From Prevotella sp. (GTDB taxonomy: Bacteria > Bacteroidota > Bacteroidia > Bacteroidales > Dysgonomonadaceae), in contig JAITVV010000006.1 of NCBI GenBank assembly GCA_031285625.1, positions 1 through 64,000 on the forward strand: a stretch of 64,000 nucleotides of DNA, in the 5' to 3' direction. Within the stretch, counting starts at the first letter, position 1, and every line of letters begins with the position of its first letter. The notes beneath the pieces were generated by a model. That model worked only from the letters and a program-made list of their open reading frames with translations. It was not told the origin of the DNA and searched no databases. Positions 56,418 to 64,000 of this stretch are shown in pieces. The position numbers were made by a program, and so were the translations under genes.

Positions 56418-57965
56418 ATGAAAAAAATAATATATATACTCGCAGCATTTTTCTTTTTTTCCTGTACCGACCTGGATGAGGATGTATATGATAAACTTCC
56501 CAAAGAGGACTTTGGCTATACTATCGAACAGTTAAATGCTATTGTAGGACCTGCATATAACTCTTTGAAGGGAGTGATGTCTTATGATCTATCTTGGGGT
56601 ATGTCCAGTATTACTGCTGATGCTATGATAGCACCTACCCGACTGGGAGGAGACTGGTGGGACGGAGGTATGTACATGGAGCAGACAATGCACACATGGG
56701 ATGCAAGGTCGTATACTGTGGAAAATCTTTGGAACCGGACTATGGAGGGTTTAACCACCGTAAACTCTATTTATACTATTGTAGATGAGAGCGAACTGCT
56801 GACACCAGAATTAAAAGCCAGGTATTTGGGAGAACTTCGCGGACTTCGGGCATTCTGGTATTACCAGTTGATCGACTACTTTGGAAATGTGCCTTTAGTT
56901 ACCGACTATAAGGATACAAATTTACCATCGATAACAAAAAGGGCAGAAGTCTATAAATTTATTGTGGATGAACTGAATGAAATCTTACCGGCACTAAGAG
57001 CAGATGTGTCTGACGAGAGTTATGGAAAGTTTACAAAAGGTGCTGCCCATATGTTATTAGCGAAAATGTACTTAAATGCAGAAGAATGGATTGGTACACC
57101 GAACTGGCAAGGCGTAATTGACCAATGTGATGAAATAATGAAGCTCGATTACGTTATAGAGCCTGAATGGAAAGTAAACTTTGCCGTACATAATGAGGTA
57201 TCCCGCGAAATAATACTTCCTATATGTTTCAATGCTACCGATGGAGGTAACTCTATACACTTGTTTACGCTCCATTATCTCGATCCGGTTACTCTGGGGT
57301 TTAAAGGCGGTATGTGGAACGGGATATGCGCTGTGCCTGATTTTGTAAAAGCATTTGATGATGCCGATAAGCGTAAAGAAGCAACTTTTCTTATCGGACC
57401 AATGATTGATCCGGCTACCGGCCTGGTACAAATTACTACAGCCAATCGTCCTTTGATACACACAGTTGACCTGAATATCATACCTGGAACTGAAAAGCAA
57501 GATGCTGCAGGAAACCTGACAGGTTGGGGTGAAGTGCATCAGGAAGATGGTGCCCGTATCAAGAAATGGGAATTTGAGAAAGGTATGGCTAATACCGATA
57601 TGGAGAATGACGTAGCCATATTCAGACTGGCAGATGTCTATCTGATGAAAGCTGAGGCTCTTACCCGTTTAGCACGGAGTGGAGAAGGTCTTTCTTTAGT
57701 TAACGAAATTCGTCAGAGAGCATTTGGTGGTTTCGATCATAATTTGACGGCTCTTACATTAAATGATATTTATAATGAACGCCGTTTTGAATTGGCTTAT
57801 GAATTTACTGAACGCCAGGATATGATCAGGTTCGGAACATACCTTAATCCTAAATTTATGAAACCTAAACCTACAGATAGTTATCGTAAACTGATGCCTA
57901 TACCGTTTACTGCATGGCAAAAAAATAACAATCTGACCCAGAATCAGGGATATCCGGGTTTCTAA
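56418..57965 (+). CDS. SusD/RagB lipoprotein (PUL3)
   Basis: Lipobox FSC, PTRLGGDWWDGG, FRLADVYLMKAEA, ERRFELAYE, QNQGY. Confidence 0.95.
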   Translation: MKKIIYILAAFFFFSCTDLDEDVYDKLPKEDFGYTIEQLNAIVGPAYNSLKGVMSYDLSWGMSSITADAMIAPTRLGGDWWDGGMYMEQTMHTWDARSYTVENLWNRTMEGLTTVNSIYTIVDESELLTPELKARYLGELRGLRAFWYYQLIDYFGNVPLVTDYKDTNLPSITKRAEVYKFIVDELNEILPALRADVSDESYGKFTKGAAHMLLAKMYLNAEEWIGTPNWQGVIDQCDEIMKLDYVIEPEWKVNFAVHNEVSREIILPICFNATDGGNSIHLFTLHYLDPVTLGFKGGMWNGICAVPDFVKAFDDADKRKEATFLIGPMIDPATGLVQITTANRPLIHTVDLNIIPGTEKQDAAGNLTGWGEVHQEDGARIKKWEFEKGMANTDMENDVAIFRLADVYLMKAEALTRLARSGEGLSLVNEIRQRAFGGFDHNLTALTLNDIYNERRFELAYEFTERQDMIRFGTYLNPKFMKPKPTDSYRKLMPIPFTAWQKNNNLTQNQGYPGF

Positions 57966-58019
57966 AAAGTTATATGACGAATCTGAAAAAATATATTATC
58001 AACTTCTAAAGATATTGTT

Positions 58020-59555
58020 ATGAAAGAGAATTCTAATGAAAATGCAAAAAGTATGTCGCGAAGAAAATTTCTCGGAGTAGCGGCTACCGGAGCAGCTGCA
58101 TTTACGATCCTTCCGAGTTTTACAGTTTCTGGGTTGGGACATGTGGCTCCAAGTGATAAGCTGTATATCGCAAAAATCGGTTGTGGAGGAATGGGAGCTG
58201 CCGATCTCGACAGTCTGGTGAATACACCGAGAAAAAATGCTGTTATAGCTTACTTATGCGATGTGGATATGCGGATGGCTGCAGATGCTAAGAAGAAATT
58301 CCCTAAAGCTCCTTTCTATGAAGATTTCCGCGAATTATACGATAAGGAGTATAAGAAATTTGATGCGGTATGTATATCTACTCCCGATCATAACCACGCT
58401 ATACAGGCCTTTGGAGCTATGCGTATGGGAAAACATGTATATCTGCAAAAACCACTTTCGCACGATATATACGAAGCCCGTATACTGACAGAAGCAGCAA
58501 AGAAGTATAACGTGGTAACTCAGATGGGTGATCAGGGTAATTCGTGTGATGGTATGAAAACAATGCGTGAGTGGTTCGAAGCCGATCTCATAGGTGATAT
58601 CACTAAGGTTTATTGCTGGACAAACCGTCCTGTATGGCCTCAGGGAATTCCGTGGCCTGATGCAAAATCATCTGTTCCTAAAGAGCTCAACTGGGATTTA
58701 TGGCTGGGAACAGCGCCGTATGTAGATTATATCGAAAATCTTGTTCCTTTCAACTGGCGTGGTTGGTGGGATTATGGTACAGGAGCACTAGGTGATATGG
58801 GGTGCCATATTATAGGACCTCCGTTTAAATTACTAGGACTGGAATATCCGTCTGAAGTATCGTGCAGCGTAACCAATCAGTATACTGGTATATTTAAGGA
58901 AGCATACTACCCTGAAAGTCCGCCTGTAGCATGTTCTATTCGCTTTAAGTTTAAACAACAAAACGGAAAGGATCTTGATCTGGTTTGGATGGATGGTGGT
59001 ATTATGCCTGAACGTTTCGATGAGATCGATCCGGATTCTGATATGACACATACAATGGGTGATCTTGATCCTAATGATATCGAGGGTGCTACCGTTTTTG
59101 TAGGAACAAAAGGTAAAGTATCATGCGGATGGGGTGGTTCTGATCCTCGTCTATGGGTAAACGATGGCAGTAGAAAACCTAAATTCGAAAAAGATGTCAA
59201 TATTCCGAAGAAGTATAAGCGTATAGAAGGAGGAGCCAATGGGCACTACTGGTCGTGGGTGGATGCTTGTATAGCCGGATATGGAAAACAGGAAATAGAA
59301 TCGCCATTTGAAGGTTATGCCGGACCTCTTACCGAAGCTGTATTGATGGGTAATCTTCTTTTGAGATGTTACAATATCAGAGAGAAAATCAATGTGAATG
59401 ATGTTGTATACGGAGAAATGGATGCTTACAAATATCCGGGAAGAAACATCACTTATAAATGGGATGGTAAAAATATGAGGATTACCAATTTCGATGCGGC
59501 TAATCAATTTGTGCGCAGAACATACCGAAATGGTTGGGAAGAATTAAAGCTATAA
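58020..59555 (+). CDS. Tat-exported Gfo/Idh/MocA oxidoreductase (BT2158-like glycoside 3-dehydrogenase)
   Basis: SRRKFL Tat motif, APSDKL...IGCGGMG, STPDHNHA, KHVYLQKPL, WRGWWDYGTGALGDMGCH. Confidence 0.85.
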   Translation: MKENSNENAKSMSRRKFLGVAATGAAAFTILPSFTVSGLGHVAPSDKLYIAKIGCGGMGAADLDSLVNTPRKNAVIAYLCDVDMRMAADAKKKFPKAPFYEDFRELYDKEYKKFDAVCISTPDHNHAIQAFGAMRMGKHVYLQKPLSHDIYEARILTEAAKKYNVVTQMGDQGNSCDGMKTMREWFEADLIGDITKVYCWTNRPVWPQGIPWPDAKSSVPKELNWDLWLGTAPYVDYIENLVPFNWRGWWDYGTGALGDMGCHIIGPPFKLLGLEYPSEVSCSVTNQYTGIFKEAYYPESPPVACSIRFKFKQQNGKDLDLVWMDGGIMPERFDEIDPDSDMTHTMGDLDPNDIEGATVFVGTKGKVSCGWGGSDPRLWVNDGSRKPKFEKDVNIPKKYKRIEGGANGHYWSWVDACIAGYGKQEIESPFEGYAGPLTEAVLMGNLLLRCYNIREKINVNDVVYGEMDAYKYPGRNITYKWDGKNMRITNFDAANQFVRRTYRNGWEELKL

Positions 59556-59587
59556 CAAACAATATATTTAACTAAAAAAAGAATAGT

Positions 59588-60385
59588 ATGAAAAAAATGT
59601 ATCGTAATGTCATTATTGCTCTTGTAGCGGTTTTGGCAATATCCTGTACTCCAAGTGAAAACAAACCTCAACAGGGAGCTAAAGAAACTGCATGTGCAGA
59701 AGATGCAATTCCTGAAGGCGGAGAATGGATCACAATGTTTGATGGAAAAACCTTGAACGGATGGCGTGGCTACTGCCGCAAAGATGTTCCTAAAGGATGG
59801 GTTGTAGAAGATGGTGTTATCACCTATAAGGGTAGTGAAAGCACTATTGATCCGGGTGGAGGCGACCTTATTTATGATAAGCAGTTTAAAAACTTCCGTT
59901 TCGAAGTAGAATGGAAAATAGATAAAGCTGGAAACAGTGGTATTTTCTATACAGCACAAGAGATAGAGGGTAAGCCTATTTACTATTCCAGCCCTGAATA
60001 TCAATTGCTTGATAATGAAAATATGCCCGATGCATGGGAAGGTGTGGGCGGTAATCGTCAGGCCGGATCAGTATATGATATGATACCTCCGGTACCTCAA
60101 CCTGTAAAACCTTATGGAAACTGGAATACAACGGCTATTGTTGTTTATAACGGACATGCATATCATTATATGAATGATGTTCTTATTCTGGATTTTAAAT
60201 TTGGTACGCCTGTTTGGAAAGCATTAGTTGATAAAAGTAAATTCAGCAAATTCAGCGATAGTCCTGAAAAATGTCCTGATGCTTACGAGTTTATGCTTGA
60301 ATGTGGAAAAAATCCTGGTTATATTGGTTTGCAGGATCATGGTTATGGTGTTTGTTTCCGTAATATTCGTATTAAAGAGCTATGA
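59588..60385 (+). CDS. DUF1080 lipoprotein (BT2157-like 3-ketoglycoside lyase/hydrolase)
   Basis: Lipobox ISC; FDGKTLNGWRGY, GNSGIFY, PEYQLLDN, GYIGLQDHG..V.FRNIRIKEL. Confidence 0.88.
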   Translation: MKKMYRNVIIALVAVLAISCTPSENKPQQGAKETACAEDAIPEGGEWITMFDGKTLNGWRGYCRKDVPKGWVVEDGVITYKGSESTIDPGGGDLIYDKQFKNFRFEVEWKIDKAGNSGIFYTAQEIEGKPIYYSSPEYQLLDNENMPDAWEGVGGNRQAGSVYDMIPPVPQPVKPYGNWNTTAIVVYNGHAYHYMNDVLILDFKFGTPVWKALVDKSKFSKFSDSPEKCPDAYEFMLECGKNPGYIGLQDHGYGVCFRNIRIKEL

Positions 60386-61098
60386 TAATAGATATTTGTG
60401 ATTCATATGAAGAAATGAGTCGCAAGGCTACTGATATTGTTGTAGAAAACCTCCGGCAACACAGAGATTTGATGCTCTGTGCTGCCACAGGAGGTACTCC
60501 TACCCGGATGTACGAGCTCTTAGCTGATGAATATACAGATAATCCCGATTTATTTTCCGGCTTGAACGTTATCAAACTGGACGAATGGGGTGGAATACCA
60601 ATGAATCATGTCGGAACCTGTGAGTCTTATATGCAGGAGTATGTCATTTACCCTTTAACGGTTTCCAGCAAACGGTATATTTCGTTTCAGAGTGATCCGG
60701 ATAATCCTAAAGAAGAGTGTTTGAGAGTGCAGTCTTTATTGAATAATAGGGTGATAGATATCTGTATACTTGGGATTGGAATAAACGGCCATATTGCGTT
60801 TAACGAACCTGCCGATTTTCTACATACAGGATGCCATGTGGCAGAACTTTCCGAAAAATCATTGCAACATCCTATGGTTTCGGCAGAAGAGGAAAAACCA
60901 AAATATGGACTGACACTGGGTATGAGGGATATTCTCAATTCTAGACTTATAATTCTGTTGATCAATGGGATAAGAAAGAAAGAGATAACAAAGGCATTAT
61001 TATCAGAAAAGATAACCACACAGCTACCCGCATCGTTTTTGTGGCTACATCCTAATGTAATATGTCTGATAGATAAAGATGCGGTTGATACCGCTTAA
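60382..61098 (+). CDS. NagB/AgaI/YieK-family sugar-6-phosphate isomerase/deaminase-like protein
   Basis: ATGGTP, KLDEW, LGIGINGHIAFNEP, PASFLWLHPN. Confidence 0.82.
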   Translation: MIIDICDSYEEMSRKATDIVVENLRQHRDLMLCAATGGTPTRMYELLADEYTDNPDLFSGLNVIKLDEWGGIPMNHVGTCESYMQEYVIYPLTVSSKRYISFQSDPDNPKEECLRVQSLLNNRVIDICILGIGINGHIAFNEPADFLHTGCHVAELSEKSLQHPMVSAEEEKPKYGLTLGMRDILNSRLIILLINGIRKKEITKALLSEKITTQLPASFLWLHPNVICLIDKDAVDTA

Positions 61099-61116
61099 TC
61101 GAATACGAATAATACT

Positions 61117-62058
61117 ATGAAGCACGCTGTTGCACTGGATATTGGGGGAACCAGCATCAAATATGCCCTGGTAGCTGAGAATGGGAAGATTGCCTATGAA
61201 TCTGCTAAACCGGCCAAATCTGCAGATGCTGGATGTACCCTGATAGACCAGTTGAAGACTATTATCCGGGAAGTAATAAATTTTGCCTCTTCTGTAAACC
61301 TTGATATCTGTGGGATAGGAATCGGAGTTCCGTCTGTTATAGATAATGGGGTTGTCCTTTTTGCCAACAATTTACCGGAATTGGATAATAAAAACTTAAG
61401 AGATATTATCTATGAAGATTTCCGAATGCCTGTTTTTGTTGACAATGATGCTAATATGATGGGGCTGGGCGAAGTCCGGTTTGGATTTGCCCATAATATT
61501 TCTGATGCTGTGTTCCTCACCATAGGCACAGGTATAGGAGGCGCACTGATACTGAACGGAAAGCTGTACGGAGGATATCATAACCGTGGTACCGAACTCG
61601 GGCATATAATAGTCAATTGCAACGGAAACGCTTGTTCTTGTGGAGCCAAAGGCTGTCTTGAAGCACATGCATCGGTAAATGTATTGATAGAAGAGTATAA
61701 AAGCCTTCTCCACAAGGATAAGCTATATAACGACATACTGATTGATGGCAAATATATAATTGCCCAATATCTGAAAAACGAAAAAAATGCACTGGCTGTA
61801 ATGGAAAACCATTTTCACTATCTGGCTGTGGGGATAATCAGTTTTATAAATGTATTTGCACCACAAAAAATAATTATTGGTGGGGGAATTTCCGAATCAG
61901 GAGATTTCTATATAGAAAAAATAAGAAGCCTGGTAGAAACACAGGTAATGAAAGAAACATCTTGCTATACTACTATTGAACGGGCCTCACTCGGCAACAA
62001 AGCGGGATTTTTGGGTGCAGCAGCTTTGGTATTCAGTAATAACCTTAATAAATCATGA
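61117..62058 (+). CDS. ROK-family sugar kinase
   Basis: DIGGTSIK, NDAN, TIGTGIGG, ELGH...CSCGAKGCLE. Confidence 0.9.
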   Translation: MKHAVALDIGGTSIKYALVAENGKIAYESAKPAKSADAGCTLIDQLKTIIREVINFASSVNLDICGIGIGVPSVIDNGVVLFANNLPELDNKNLRDIIYEDFRMPVFVDNDANMMGLGEVRFGFAHNISDAVFLTIGTGIGGALILNGKLYGGYHNRGTELGHIIVNCNGNACSCGAKGCLEAHASVNVLIEEYKSLLHKDKLYNDILIDGKYIIAQYLKNEKNALAVMENHFHYLAVGIISFINVFAPQKIIIGGGISESGDFYIEKIRSLVETQVMKETSCYTTIERASLGNKAGFLGAAALVFSNNLNKS

Positions 62059-63329
62059 AAAAGAATCATTTTATAGTCATACTGATACTATGTATCTGGT
62101 TTGTCATTTCCTTTGTTACCAATATATTAGGGCCTATGTTGCCCATGATAATCAATGACTTCAAACTAACACTTACACTTGCGGCTTTTCTCCCTTTCTC
62201 ATTCTTTTTGGCATATGGTATTATGTCTATTCCTTCGGGAATGATGATAGAACGTTATGGAGGAAAGTTCTCTTTATTGGCTGCTTTCAGCCTTGCTTTT
62301 ATTGGTGCATCGTTGTTTGTCCTTTTTCCCGGATATAGCGTTGTATTGGTTTCATTATTTATTATTGGTATGGGCATGGCAATGCTGCAGGTTATCATTT
62401 TACCACTTATGCGGGAAGCTGGAGGAGAGGTCAACTATGCATTTTATGCGGTACTGGCACAGATTGTATTTGGCTCAGCTTCATTCCTAAGCCCGTTTGT
62501 TCTTACCAAAGTAATGCATCTGTTATCAGAAGATCCTTCTCTGGATTCTGCTCTCATTGGAATTCTTCGCAAAGTTGCTCCGGAAGGTTTGTCATGGGGA
62601 GCATTCTATTTTATTTTTGCTATTGTATTTGCGCTGATGTTGGTTGTAATATCATGTATCAAATTTCCTAAAGTAGTGCTGAAAGATGATGAAAAAACAG
62701 GGACATTTCAGAATTATATCGACCTGCTAAAAAAGGAACACGTTATTCTATTCTTCTTGGGTATAGTAGCCTATGTAGGCACCGAACAAGGACTTGCTAC
62801 ATGGATGAGCCAGTTCTTAAAAACATATCATCAGGTTGATCCGGCAGGGGCAGGAGCTACTGCTGTTGCCTGGTTTTGGGGATTAATGTCATTAGGCTGT
62901 CTGTTGGGACTGATTATAGTAAAATTGATCGATTCTAAAATAATGTTGCGTATATTCGCTGTTCTGGCTATTGCAAATCTGGCTATAGCTTTATTTGGGC
63001 CAAGAGAGGTATCTGTCATAGCATTTCCTTGTTGTGGATTTTCCATATCTATTATGTTTTCTGTTATCTTTTCTTTGGCTCTCAATTCTGAAGAAAAACA
63101 TCACGGAGTATTCTCCGGCATCTTATGTACAGGTATTTTTGGAGGTGCATTAGTGCCGTTTATTATTGGTTGGATGGGAGATTACATTGGCTTACGCCTG
63201 GCTATGCTGTTCTTGTTTATTACATTAGGATATATCTTAAGCGTTTCATTTTTCGCCAAACCATTAGTAAAGAACAGGACAATACGTATATGTGATTGGT
63301 TAATGAGTATTACCCAAAGGAGAAATTGA
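62055..63329 (+). CDS. MFS sugar permease (FucP/GluP-like)
   Basis: 12-TM pattern, LPFSFFLAYG, YVGTEQG, SIMFSVIFSLAL, GIFGGALVP. Confidence 0.85.
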   Translation: MKKNHFIVILILCIWFVISFVTNILGPMLPMIINDFKLTLTLAAFLPFSFFLAYGIMSIPSGMMIERYGGKFSLLAAFSLAFIGASLFVLFPGYSVVLVSLFIIGMGMAMLQVIILPLMREAGGEVNYAFYAVLAQIVFGSASFLSPFVLTKVMHLLSEDPSLDSALIGILRKVAPEGLSWGAFYFIFAIVFALMLVVISCIKFPKVVLKDDEKTGTFQNYIDLLKKEHVILFFLGIVAYVGTEQGLATWMSQFLKTYHQVDPAGAGATAVAWFWGLMSLGCLLGLIIVKLIDSKIMLRIFAVLAIANLAIALFGPREVSVIAFPCCGFSISIMFSVIFSLALNSEEKHHGVFSGILCTGIFGGALVPFIIGWMGDYIGLRLAMLFLFITLGYILSVSFFAKPLVKNRTIRICDWLMSITQRRN

Positions 63330-63387
63330 TTAAAGAAAAATAATTTATCTTATTTTAACATATGCGGTTACCTTAAATTATAAAACT

Positions 63388-64000
63388 ATGAAAAACCTGT
63401 TATACATATTTTTAATTTCAAATGCTTTACTTATTTCATGTTCAGGATCTCTTACCAAAGTTTCAGAGGAAGATATCTCAGTGAGTGTGGATGACATAAA
63501 TCGGCCAAACTTTATTACTCTGAATAATAATGTTGTAAATGATGGTAAATTTGATGATGTAAAGTGGCAATTACCGTCAGGCGAAATTATTGATTCATTA
63601 CGTTCATTCACCACATATTTTCCTCAAAAAGGAGATTATAAAGTTCTGATACATTTTACAAAAGGAAATAAAAAGACTGTTGTTACAAAAAATATAACAA
63701 TAGAATCGGATGATCCTTATTATTCTAAAGGCGAGGTTCTGGTTTGGAATGATGAGTTTGATGGTAATAGTCTGAACGAAAACTGGTGGTTCAATGAAAC
63801 AGATATTCATGTAAATGATGAGTGGCAGATATATACTCCCGGTAAAAATATCAATATATCGGATGGAATATTGACTATCACAGCTAAAAAGGAAGGTGAA
63901 GGACAGAAGTATGGGGATTATACTTCGGGCCGTCTTAACACTGAGGGGAAAAAAGAATTTCTGTATGGACGCATGGAAATCAGAGCAAAGTTGCCGGACG
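63388..64000 (+). CDS. Lipoprotein with PKD-like domain and GH16 (laminarinase-like) domain; truncated by window end
   Basis: Manual translation MKNLLYIFLISNALLISC...LVWNDEFDG...NDEWQIY...DGILTITAKKE...YTSGRLNTEGKKEFLYGRMEIRAKLP; absent from the ORF track; catalytic EIDxxE lies beyond the window. Confidence 0.85.
   Translation, partial: MKNLLYIFLISNALLISCSGSLTKVSEEDISVSVDDINRPNFITLNNNVVNDGKFDDVKWQLPSGEIIDSLRSFTTYFPQKGDYKVLIHFTKGNKKTVVTKNITIESDDPYYSKGEVLVWNDEFDGNSLNENWWFNETDIHVNDEWQIYTPGKNINISDGILTITAKKEGEGQKYGDYTSGRLNTEGKKEFLYGRMEIRAKLPD

Overview
AT-rich chromosomal segment from a Bacteroidales bacterium. Dysgonomonas-like is my inference from gene content and TAnnTTTG promoters. The left edge (1-~1450) is the end of a more GC-rich integrative element carrying an IntDOT-like tyrosine integrase that the ORF track missed. 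A housekeeping/stress block follows: CPA2 antiporter, OmpA, three tandem DUF3836-like secreted proteins, FucP-type permease + mutarotase + ricin-domain GH2, an aspT-aspD-ansB-porin operon, rpiA, a nucleotidyltransferase, class II fba, a BlaI/BlaR1-like pair, a fourth DUF3836-like gene, PPi-PFK and tRNA-Gln. From ~27 kb to the end are three ECF-sigma/FecR-regulated polysaccharide utilisation loci (PULs). PUL1 is SusC/D + a second ricin-GH2. PUL2 (minus strand) is SusC/D + a GH123-like enzyme with NE instead of the catalytic DE + DUF5107. PUL3 is SusC/D + Gfo/Idh/MocA + DUF1080 (3-ketoglycoside route) + NagB-like + ROK + MFS + a truncated GH16, with a divergent GH3. Notable non-coding signals: four copies of an unexplained GTRAC direct/inverted repeat; antisense promoters overlapping all three susC start codons (DonS-like sRNAs); an ECF promoter shared by PUL2 and PUL3; and different promoter classes in front of the DUF3836-like paralogs. 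No CRISPR array or rRNA was seen. All family calls come from motif recognition by eye, not database searches.
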